DNA of 60,029 bases from Octopus bimaculoides (Eukaryota). The stretch is taken from NCBI RefSeq assembly GCF_001194135.2, contig NC_068988.1, forward strand, positions 11,797,963 through 11,857,991, given 5' to 3'. The notes beneath the pieces are model-generated. The model saw nothing but the letters and a program-made list of their open reading frames with translations, was not told where the DNA came from and searched no databases. Positions 49,628 through 60,029 of this stretch are shown piece by piece (positions within the stretch are counted from its first letter, which is position 1; the number at the start of each line of letters is the position of its first letter). Both the position numbers and the translations under genes were made by a program.

Positions 49628-50256
49628 ATGAGTGAGGAGCCGTCCCATATAAACTGGACCATTATAGCTAAGGCCACCAAATACAGGAGACAGAGAAGCA
49701 AATGCGAGCCCTGCATCACCGAAAAACTAAATATCATAACATCAACCGTGAGCACTTTAAACATTAGAGAGGAAATCTTCTACCCTTGCATTCACAAATA
49801 ACAATTCATACTCTGAAATTTCAAGCACCCACACCAGCGCACACACTAGCACTGACTACTTGCCAGAACCTACACCATCATCCACACACCTACACATGCA
49901 CACACGCACACGTCAAGATCACCAGCCCCCTTTCACACACACACATACACGCTCTCACATACACATGCACGCGCACCTTCATTTTGGATCAACACTACTT
50001 TATTATCTCCCCTTCTTCCTAGCTCTCCTATGTGACCCCTCTGTACGCCATTCGCCATGATAGATCGCTAGCCACTAAACCTTTTTCTATTTTCTCTCCC
50101 TGTTTATTTCTGTGTTCCTTTCTGTCGCAGAGCGTAGGCTCGAAACGTAAAATACTTTCTCACTTCCCGAGCGTTAAACTAATCCATGTGTTTGTTGTTT
50201 ACACACCCGTCTTCGTCTTTTGTTTTGTTTTTTGTAAATTCTCACTATATATATAA
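49628..50256 (+). mobile_element. Penelope-like element 3' end: GIY-YIG C-terminus (49628-49816) plus terminal repeat (family F) with hammerhead-like motif
   Basis: HINWTIIAKATKYRRQRSKCEPCITEKLNIITS...TLNIREEIFYPCIHK matches the PLE pattern W.I...A..Y......C.LC..EK..I.....LN.R.E....C.H. Motif at 50118-50153. Confidence 0.75.
50118..50153 (+). ncRNA. degenerate minimal hammerhead motif in the PLE terminus
   Basis: cTTT-CTGTCGC-A-GAGC-gtag-GCTC-GAA-ACGT-A-AAAt; core changed at positions 6 and 9. Confidence 0.5.
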
Positions 50257-51508
50257 ATGTATATATATATATACATATTGATATCCGGGGATCCAAGTGT
50301 AGGAAGTTCAAAAGATTCATGCAGTCCGTGGCAGGTATAGAAAACAAAACCTCTACTGTGTACGGTCAGGAACAATAACAATTTATTGGTGTCGAAGGTT
50401 ACACACTCTTTGCCATATCGAAGTTACAAGGAAATTCGATAAGCTGAAAGTTTCTGTATAGCTCACGGTTAGCGAGTAGAGTGGCTATGAATGCAAATAA
50501 AAATCAAAATATAGTTAGGTTTGACAAAGATCTTTTGTCGCCACCGCGACCTCATCAATAACCTCCTCTCTCTACTTCAGGTCTGTCTATCTCCATCTCC
50601 TACTTGTATATTTATATTAACATGGATGTGAGAGAGAATGTACAAGAGAGAGGAAAACAAAAAACCTATGTCGACAGTATCTGTGTGCCTGTGTACATGT
50701 CTCTACATCTATTGTAATCTTGTTATCTAATTAATGCAGCTATTTTCCTGAATGTACCGGAAGTTTCTTATCTGCAATTGTTCACTATACGAGCCATATT
50801 TTTGACAACACATTGTAGAGGTTATTATAGCAAGTCTTTCCAGTTGCCTCCCGCAAGCACACATAACATAATACGAGTAATATCTTTGACCCGAACTTTA
50901 TAAATCTCTATTTTACGTTCCAAACGTCAGAGACTTCCGTTTTCGGTTCAGAATAATATATGTATAGTCAAAATGATTACATATTCTTTTCTTTTCAAAT
51001 ATTATGGGTTTTGTACAATATTTATTCTCTATTTGTTTTTGGTTTTATTTTTGTTCTCTTTCACGCTTCTATATTGCTTTTCCTCATCAGGTTTCCAATG
51101 TTGTTATTGCACAACTTTCAAAATTTATCATTCAGAGCAGAAGGAAATTTTTAAACGTGTTTACATCTAAAAATAATCTACGTGGTTCAAGAGAAGAGAC
51201 CAAGAATAAATAGAGTTGAGGTTGATATTCATTGTTCTTTCAGAAAAGAAACTTCTCTCCAAATATTGGTAATCTAAGGATTGTCATACAATTTCCTGTT
51301 TAATTTCTTAATTTCATTTGCTGAAGAGTTACATAATACTTAATACATGATTTCATTTATGACAGAAAGTATTTAAAAAAAACTAAAGTGAAAATAGAAA
51401 GCAAAATAAACAATGAAAAGTTTTTAAAAAATTGGAAAGAAAATATTAATTGCTCTTCAAATTTTAAGCAAATTTAATTATTCTTAATATAATTAAAATA
51501 TAAGGGCG

Positions 51509-51565
<57 letters not shown>

Positions 51566-52346
51566 CAGTAGTAGTAGTAGTAGTAGTAGTAGTAGCAGGA
51601 GAAGGTAGAGGAGGAAGGAAGGAGAAAGAATATGCGGAAAACATGGGAGAAAACGCTATGGAATGTTTACTTCACAGGCAATAATTCGGTAACTTTTGAC
51701 TTCTGATTTCCGTAAGCACCAATCAAGTTTCAGAGTCGATTTAAACGAATTGCTACTTGCATCGATATTAGCAACAGTTGTGACAATTGTACTTAAGGTG
51801 GGGAGTTAGCAGGATATATATATTTTTTCCCTATTCTTCTCTTCTCCCCTTCATCGTTTCCTCTCTCTCTCACTCTTCCTCCTTGATTCTCGTCGCTGAC
51901 ACGTGGGGATCTATCTTTCTGTCCATTTCTTTCTTAAAGACAAGACGTGCTTTTACCTGTCTCATCTCATAGCTCGTCCTCCTAGCGTTCATAATAATTT
52001 TTCTATCGTCTTGGCTCAACAGCCCTCAGCGTTTGTTTTTACTGTCTTGTTCTCACTGTCCTGTTCTTGTTACCACTTTCACCCTCCGCAAAACATTCCC
52101 AATTTTATTTAATTTGCTTTGAATGAAGGACTGCTTTAACGAAGTTGCGTATTGTCCTTACCTTCGAAATGCGGAGTTAATGAAACAGGGGACAACTGAT
52201 GAAGGGGTATACTCTTTATGTTGCATGTCTCGTTTCTCTGTTTGTTTTTTTTCGTTGTTCGAAAAAAGTTCGTTTTCTATGTTTTCGTTTCTCATTGTGT
52301 TTAACGTTTTTTTGATGTCCTGTACCCATATATGCANNNNNNNNNN

Positions 52347-52412
<66 letters not shown>

Positions 52413-52465
52413 TGAGTGTATGTATATGTATGTATGTATGTATGTATATATGTGTATATATGTAT

Positions 52466-52530
52466 ATATAGTGAAAATTTACAAAAAACAAGAGACGAAG
52501 ACGGGTGTGTAAACAACAAACAGATGTTGC
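52466..52530 (-). repeat. family F terminus fragment, inverted relative to 50190-50256
   Basis: gacgaagacgggtgtgtaaacaacaaaca is the reverse complement of tgtttgttgtttacacacccgtcttcgtc. Confidence 0.8.
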
Positions 52531-52598
52531 TTGTTTCTTACAGACATAGTATATATGTATAAATGTGCATGTCCATAAGTATTTTCTTAAATATATTT

Positions 52599-52630
<32 letters not shown>

Positions 52631-52633
52631 TGG

Positions 52634-53063
52634 GGGCGAGCTGGCAGAAACGTTAGCACGCCAGGCGAAATGCTTAGCGATGTTTCGTCTGCCGTTACGT
52701 TCTGAGTTCAAATTCCGCCGAGGTCGGCTTTGCCTTTCATCCTTTCTGGATCGATAAATTAAGTAGCAGTTATGCCCTGGGGTCGATGTAATCGACTTAA
52801 TCCCTTTGTTTGTCCTTGTTTGTCCCCTCTATGTTTAGCCCCTTGTGGGAAATAAAGAAATAAGAAACGTTAGCACGCCGGGTGAAATGCTTAGCGGTAT
52901 TTCGTCTGCCATTTCGTTCTGAGTTCATATACCCGCGAGGTCGACTTTGCCTTACATCCTTTCGGGGTCGATACATTAAGTACCAGTTGTGTACTGGAAT
53001 CGATCTAATCGATTGGCCTCTTTCCCAAAAATTTCGGGCCTTGTGCTTAGAGTAGAAAAGAAT
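52634..53063 (+). mobile_element. complete dimeric SINE family A (monomer + tail B, then monomer + tail A)
   Basis: The head/body gaaacgttagcacgcc...gagttca...ggggtcgat occurs twice; junction aataaagaaataag|aaacgttagc. Confidence 0.9.
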
Positions 53064-53068
53064 ATATT

Positions 53069-53138
<70 letters not shown>

Positions 53139-54319
53139 TATATGCATGCATGCTTGAATGTGTGAGCGTTTGTATATATCTGTATATGCATATGTGTGTA
53201 CGTGGGTGCCTTTGTATGTATATATGTGTGTGTGCGCGTGCGTATATCTTTGTGTGAATATAATGGTTAATATAGAAATATGTGTGTGTGACTTCATTTT
53301 ATAACGTATGCTTTTCCCTTTATTTCTAACAGTAGAAAATAAGTAAAGCAGATTTTAAAGAGATTTGAAGGATATCCAAGAGAAAGGAAGCGGAGAAAAA
53401 GAGCTCAGTCTTATGTTTTCTAATTTAAACAACCGTACAGCCTCTCTCAAAATGGTTGCTATATATATTTGCATTGCAGTGCAAACACTGCACTGAACAT
53501 AAACAGAATCTATTCGTTTAACATCTTGTGAACTGTGTACGCTTCGTCATATTTCCTATATTTTATATTCCTTTTATAGTTTTCTCCTCTTCACTGATAT
53601 TAATGCTTATCATGAAACACTTATTGATAATATTAATATAGCCGCTTACTTTACTGGTATTTATTGCGATATCGCCTCTTTCATTATTGATAATATGATA
53701 CTGGCGTACACTTCCATGGCAGTATCGCTTCTGTGTGCGTGTTTTTATTTGTTATGTTTTCTGTTGTTGTTCTTAGTTTATTATTCTATTAACTGATCAT
53801 GGTTACTATTCTGTTTATGAAGGGAAACGTCGAAAATACTCTCCATTGGGGACACACCAGTTTTGATTCCTTCAAAAGCACAAAGAACTAATCATTGTAC
53901 GTACCCTCCAGATGTTACCACCCATAGCTCATTTCGATCTCGGTAGCTCCCTTCTAGAAGCTCTACGATCCCTAGAAATGCAAGCCCTTTCCATTCTGAA
54001 AGTATATCAGAATAGCATTTCAAAACCTGGCTCATATCTTGATTTATTGATTTCAACCAATAGCCAAACCTTCAAAAGCTCAACTGTGGCCCTCAATAAT
54101 GCATTGATCCCAAATGTTGGTCGGTGCTATGTCTACACACAATCACACACATCAGAGGCCTCATCTCTAAAGGAACGCTCGACTAAATGACCTCAGGTAG
54201 TAGTAGTGGTAGTAGTAGTAGTGGTAGTAGCAGCAGCAGCAGCAACAGCAGCATCGGCGTCGATGTCGGCGGCGGCGGTGGTGGTGGTAGTAGAAATAGT
54301 ATCAGTAGTGGTGATAGTG

Positions 54320-54395
<76 letters not shown>

Positions 54396-54454
54396 CAGTC
54401 GCTATATATATATATACTATATATACTATATATATACTACTACTACTACCACCA

Positions 54455-54636
54455 CTGGGCAGAATGCTTAGTGGTATTTCGTCTGTCTTTACGTTTTGAG
54501 TTCAAATTCCGCTGAGGTCGATTTTGCCTTTCATCCTTTCGGGGTCAATAAATCAAGTACCATTTGCATACTGGGATCGATCTAATCGACTGGCCCCCTC
54601 CCCCAAAATTTCGAACCTTGTGCCTAGAGTAAAAAA
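54455..54636 (+). mobile_element. SINE family A, 5'-truncated
   Basis: gggcagaatgcttagtggtatttcgtctgtc...ccttgtgcctagagtaaaaaag. Confidence 0.85.
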
Positions 54637-54751
54637 GGGGGGAGCGCGTGTATGTGTAATACAAAAATATATATTTTGTTCCCCCCACCCCCGTTTATAT
54701 CAGTTCCCTACTCTCTTTGTCGCTTTCTCTGCCTCTCCCTCTCTTTCTGTG

Positions 54752-54815
<64 letters not shown>

Positions 54816-55114
54816 TACATACACACACAAACAGAGAGAGAGAAAGAGGTGTGTGTGTGCGCGTATGTATGTGTATACACATAGACGCAAACGTATATCT
54901 CCATATACCCACATAAATACCAGTCTTGCTCCAGTATGGTCGGAAGTGAACTTGCTGCAGTCAGCTACAAGAACTATTTAAAAAGCTACTGATGCACGCA
55001 CATACTCCAATGAAAAAGGTTGTATACACATACATACACACGCACACACACATTCATATATATGTGCGTGTGTATATACTCATTTATAAACTGGCAACAT
55101 GACCATCCCCAAGT

Positions 55115-55157
<43 letters not shown>

Positions 55158-55659
55158 NNNNNNNNNNNNNNNNNNNNNNNNNNNNNNNNNNNNNNNNNNN
55201 NNNNNNNNNNNNNNNNNNNNNNNNNNNNNNNNNNNNNNNNNNNNNNNNNNNNNNNNNNNNNNNNNNNNNNNNNNNNNNNNNNNNNNNNNNNNNNNNNNNN
55301 NNNNNNNNNNNNNNNNNNNNNNNNNNNNNNNNNNNNNNNNNNNNNNNNNNNNNNNNNNNNNNNNNNNNNNNNNNNNNNNNNNNNNNNNNNNNNNNNNNNN
55401 NNNNNNNNNNNNNNNNNNNNNNNNNNNNNNNNNNNNNNNNNNNNNNNNNNNNNNNNNNNNNNNNNNNNNNNNNNNNNNNNNNNNNNNNNNNNNNNNNNNN
55501 NNNNNNNNNNNNNNNNNNNNNNNNNNNNNNNNNNNNNNNNNNNNNNNNNNNNNNNNNNNNNNNNNNNNNNNNNNNNNNNNNNNNNNNNNNNNNNNNNNNN
55601 NNNNNNNNNNNNNNNNNNNNNNNNNNNNNNNNNNNNNNNNNNNNNNNNNNNNNNNNNNN

Positions 55660-55729
<70 letters not shown>

Positions 55730-56327
55730 ACACACACACATACATACATCGCACTGCACTAACAGAACAGACACCGAAATTCAAATAGACGTCGGTTTGG
55801 ATCAAAGCTCTCCTTAGACAGTTGAACATAGCTATTAATGGTATGAAATTATCATGTTTAAAGATAATCTATATGGTTAATCAGGCCTATACGTCTGGAC
55901 GCTTCTATCATTACGTTTAATTTATGAATGCCAGTGTTGCAGTTCTGGCTTATGTCTGCTGAATTTTGAAGGCACAATCGAAATGTAAATAGCGGTTGAG
56001 ACTCAAGTTGATATTTGTTTTTCTATAAACTGTCATGGTGGGTACTCGTGTATGTACGAAGAGGTGGTATTGGTGTTGAATGTGTGTGTGTATATATACA
56101 AAGAGAGAATAGATAAATATACATACAAAAACGATTATGTATGTATATGTATATATATATCCATATATGTATGTATGTATATATATATAGAGATACATAT
56201 ATTTGTGGGTGTGTACGTAAGTATGTATGTACTTGATAAGGGACCCATATACTCATGTATACCCAAATGTGTAGCTCGAAATTAGTAATATTGGCGTTCA
56301 TATATAAATATATATACTTTTTATTAA

Positions 56328-56482
56328 AGCTGAAATTTTTTTTACAAAACTGTAACTCAGAGTTTCACATTCCCGTTCGTCGGACACTTGTGATGAATAT
56401 TCAAATTTTGCAACTTTGTTCAAAGTATGTTACTCTACGTTTGGGATTCGAGTACTGTTTTTACACCTTCTTTTGCATTTAT
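56328..56482. repeat. foldback element family D with hammerhead-like motif at 56350-56387 (minus)
   Basis: Minus strand: gTGT-CCGACGA-ACG-ggaa-TGT-GAA-ACTC-t-GAGT-T-ACAg. Confidence 0.7.
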
Positions 56483-56521
56483 GGCCTTACTCGTGTCTGT
56501 GTATATATATAATACACACAC

Positions 56522-56594
<73 letters not shown>

Positions 56595-57105
56595 NNNNNN
56601 NNNNNNNNNNNNNNNNNNNNNNNNNNNNNNNNNNNNNNNNNNNNNNNNNNNNNNNNNNNNNNNNNNNNNNNNNNNNNNNNNNNNNNNNNNNNNNNNNNNN
56701 NNNNNNNNNNNNNNNNNNNNNNNNNNNNNNNNNNNNNNNNNNNNNNNNNNNNNNNNNNNNNNNNNNNNNNNNNNNNNNNNNNNNNNNNNNNNNNNNNNNN
56801 NNNNNNNNNNNNNNNNNNNNNNNNNNNNNNNNNNNNNNNNNNNNNNNNNNNNNNNNNNNNNNNNNNNNNNNNNNNNNNNNNNNNNNNNNNNNNNNNNNNN
56901 NNNNNNNNNNNNNNNNNNNNNNNNNNNNNNNNNNNNNNNNNNNNNNNNNNNNNNNNNNNNNNNNNNNNNNNNNNNNNNNNNNNNNNNNNNNNNNNNNNNN
57001 NNNNNNNNNNNNNNNNNNNNNNNNNNNNNNNNNNNNNNNNNNNNNNNNNNNNNNNNNNNNNNNNNNNNNNNNNNNNNNNNNNNNNNNNNNNNNNNNNNNN
57101 NNNNN

Positions 57106-57292
57106 CAGGTCATCCCATAAGCTCTGTCCGAACGTTGAATAAAGAAAACAAGTGATCAAATGTTATATTTAATTGAAATTTAATCATCAATGTACTTTCC
57201 CTGATTATCTATAACTTCCTTCCATCCATTTGCAAGCTTTTTAATCCCACCAATGGGTTACAAAGCGAAGGCCTCTGAAATGTCAGTTTCGA
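57106..57292 (-). mobile_element. second copy of the 6816-8090 mariner (3' TIR and transposase end), truncated
   Basis: caggtcatcccataagctctgtccga...gaataaagaaaacaagtgatcaaatgttatatttaattgaaatttaatca is nearly identical to 6817-6900. Confidence 0.9.
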
Positions 57293-57293
57293 C

Positions 57294-57508
57294 CAGAGTA
57301 AGCACATAAATGTGAAACAAAGTGGAAAAAATAGTACTCGAATACTGGAGGCAGAGTAAATATGCTTTATTATTAAAGCTGCGAAGTCATCACAAAAGCT
57401 GTTACTCAGAGTTTCACGTTCCCGTTCGTCGGACAGTTTTTGGACGAAAGGGTAACTGAAACTCTGAGTAACAGTTTTTGTGATGTCTTTGCAGCATTAT
57501 TAATAAGC
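57294..57508. repeat. foldback element family D (arms about 57370-57414 and 57458-57505)
   Basis: cacaaaagctgttactcagagtttc ... gaaactctgagtaacagtttttgtg. Confidence 0.85.
57399..57436 (-). ncRNA. minimal type I hammerhead-like motif (best match in the window)
   Basis: Minus strand: CTGT-CCGACGA-ACG-ggaa-CGT-GAA-ACTC-t-GAGT-A-ACAG. All three stems pair, GUA cleavage triplet; only U4 is changed (to C). Confidence 0.65.
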
Positions 57509-57510
57509 TC

Positions 57511-57909
57511 AAGAGTGGCTGTGTGGTAAGTAGCTTGCTTACGAACCACATGGTTCCGGGTTCAGTCCCACTGCGTGGCACCTTGGTTAAATGTCTTCTA
57601 CTAAAGCCTCGGGCCGACCAAAGCCTTGTAAGTAGATTTGGTAGACGAAAACTGAAAGAAGCCCGTTGTATATATGCATATATATGTGTGGGGGGGGGAG
57701 TGTTTGTGTGTCTGTGTTTGTCCCTCCAGCACCGCTCGACAACCGATGCTGGTGTGTTTACTTCTCCGCCAAAAGGAACCGATAGACTAAGTACTTGGCT
57801 TACAAAGAATAAGTCATAGGGTCGATTTAGTCGACTAAAAGGCGGTGCTCCAGCATGGCCACAGTCAAATGACTGAAACAAGTAAGAGTAAAAGAGTAAA
57901 AGAGTAAAA
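57511..57909 (+). mobile_element. full-length SINE family C with (AAGAGT)n-type tail
   Basis: gagtggctgtgtggtaag, ccgggttcagtccc (B-box-like), ...ggcggtgctccagcatggccacagtcaaatgactgaaac, (gagtaaaa)n. Confidence 0.9.
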
Positions 57910-57911
57910 TG

Positions 57912-58082
57912 TATATATGCACATATATACGACGGGCATCTTTCGATTTCCTTCTACGAAATCCACTCACAAGGTTTTGGTCGGCTCGCAGGTATTGTAG
58001 AAGACACTCTCCGAAGGTGCCACACAGTGGGACTGAACCTGGAACCATGTGGGTGGGAAGCAAACGTCTTACCACAACCACG
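57912..58082 (-). mobile_element. SINE family C 5' half, inverted against the preceding copy
   Basis: cactcacaaggttttggtcggc...aaggtgccacacagtgggactgaacctggaaccatgtg. Confidence 0.85.
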
Positions 58083-58672
58083 CTTGTGTATATATATATA
58101 ATTATTACGTTGGTGATAGACACGACGACCAAGAAGACGACGATGAATGTGATTAATGTGCTGGTGGTTCTGTTGATGATGATGATGGCTGGATTGTTGG
58201 TGGTGACGATGACGGATGTATTATTGGTGTTGATGATGATGATGATGATGACGATGACGACGATGATTGTCGTTGTGGGAACGTTGAAGATAAGGATCAT
58301 GATGATGACGACAATAATGGATATGATGATATAGTGTGGTGGCGGCGGTGGAGATAAAAATGACGACGACGATCGCGGGTCACCGAGTTTCTGGAACGAT
58401 TTATGTATTAGTTCGTTCAGTACAAAGAATTTTGCCATTTATCATTGCAGCACTTCATACAATGCACAACCAGGAACACAGAGGAAGGATAACGGGGGGA
58501 ATTGTTCAATGGATCAGTCCATCTTCTTTGCAAGCAGTAGGATCTCTGCCAAGCGACAGTCCTTGATTGCATCGGTTTGTTGTTGTTAAGTGCATACTCT
58601 GAGATTATATATTCACACAGAAAGAGTTTATACGATGCGCACACACACAAGCACATATGCGCACGTTTCGTG

Positions 58673-58756
<84 letters not shown>

Positions 58757-59679
58757 TGCATGTATGTGAGTATATATCAATATATAGGCATATGCAAGCA
58801 TTTATATGTATCTATGTACATATATATATATATGTATACGTATATATGNNNNNNNNNNNNNNNNNNNNNNNNNNNNNNNNNNNNNNNNNNNNNNNNNNNN
58901 NNNNNNNNNNNNNNNNNNNNNNNNNNNNNNNNNNNNNNNNNNNNNNNNNNNNNNNNNNNNNNNNNNNNNNNNNNNNNNNNNNNNNNNNNNNNNNNNNNNN
59001 NNNNNNNNNNNNNNNNNNNNNNNNNNNNNNNNNNNNNNNNNNNNNNNNNNNNNNNNNNNNNNNNNNNNNNNNNNNNNNNNNNNNNNNNNNNNNNNNNNNN
59101 NNNNNNNNNNNNNNNNNNNNNNNNNNNNNNNNNNNNNNNNNNNNNNNNNNNNNNNNNNNNNNNNNNNNNNNNNNNNNNNNTATATATATATATATATATA
59201 TACTTATATATATATATATATGTATATATACACACACATACACACACACACATACACACACACACACACACATTATTTGAACCAATCAAGTTTTACGTTG
59301 ACAGCCTACTTAAACTAAGCACTGCAGCTGACAAAGCTGTTCTTTTCAAATTTGAAATATGGCCATCAAGGTGTTTCCCTTTCATTGTTTTTATTTCATC
59401 CATTTTAATATTTTCATATCATTTTTTCCACATTCTTAATTAATATCTGACATTTTCTTTCATGTTAATCAGAATGTTTTAATTAGTTTGCTGCTTAATT
59501 AGTGCTTATCTTCAGCACATGCTAATTTGTTCCCGCTTTGAGTTCTTTTTTTGTTTTGTTTTATTCTGAGTACATTTTCGTCCCCTCCATACACAGTTGA
59601 GCATCATTATTATTATTATCTTTGGCACGTATAGTCTTGCACTTGTTGTTGTTGCTGGTGCTGTTGCAACTTTTGTTGT

Positions 59680-59739
59680 TGTTGATGATGATGATGATGA
59701 GGAGGAGGAGGAGGAGGATGACGATGACAATAGTGGTGG

Positions 59740-59772
<33 letters not shown>

Positions 59773-59885
59773 CGACGACGACGATGACGATGGTGATGAC
59801 GATGACGACGACGATGACGATGACGAAGGTGGTGATGATGATGAAGATGATGATATACTGATGAAAGTGGTAGCAGTGATGATAG

Positions 59886-59931
<46 letters not shown>

Positions 59932-59962
59932 AATAATGATGATGATGATGATGATGATGCTA

Positions 59963-59994
<32 letters not shown>

Positions 59995-60029
59995 AATAAT
60001 GATGATGATGATGATGATGCTAATGATGA
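59680..60029. repeat. (GAT)n-dominated trinucleotide microsatellite
   Basis: Directly visible. Confidence 0.95.

Noticed and set aside
51244-51274. Possible micro-exon ttctttcag|AAAAG...ATTG|gtaatc
   Set aside because: 25 nt (frame-shifting), weak donor, short pyrimidine tract.
53912-54190. 92-aa non-repetitive ORF
   Set aside because: Starts at TTG, has no recognisable motif or splice sites; the opposite strand is vaguely LINE-like but not assignable.
59430-59530. Cluster of TAAT/TAATTA homeodomain-like sites (also 30940-31090, and ATTTGCAT at about 45303)
   Set aside because: Expected by chance in AT-rich DNA; an enhancer cannot be supported without cross-species conservation.
195-60029. 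Most ORF-track entries (poly-YI, CV, HT, SL, RE, poly-K/I/D/M, and X-filled ORFs)
   Set aside because: They are translations of microsatellites or read-through of N gaps, with no domain content or splice context.

Overview
AT-rich, microsatellite-saturated eukaryotic DNA with about 13 N-gaps. The SINE repertoire looks like Octopus (coleoid cephalopod); this is inference from remembered repeat families, not a search. No intact protein-coding ORF is present, and almost all of the ORF track is microsatellite or N-gap noise. The window reads as intron/intergenic space. It contains: (i) one strong 24-nt micro-exon candidate (40520-40543, +); (ii) three tRNA-derived SINE families in many copies; (iii) decayed autonomous elements read by hand: CR1/L2-type and Tx1/L1-type LINE 3' ends, a full-length mariner, Penelope GIY-YIG ends, an RTE piece, an R4-type restriction-like endonuclease end, a Helitron helicase, and pogo/Tc1 scraps; (iv) MITEs with target-site duplications. 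The most interesting signal is a set of unrelated short repeats that each fold into a minimal type I hammerhead-ribozyme topology with variant cores. One sits in a 152-bp tandem unit (retrozyme-like) arranged as an inverted array, and others lie in foldback elements, a Penelope terminus and a tRNA-headed chimera. Two SINE tails also match the 3' ends of two LINEs present in the first 2 kb, one with three compensatory base-pair changes. All alignments and folds were done by eye; none was computed.
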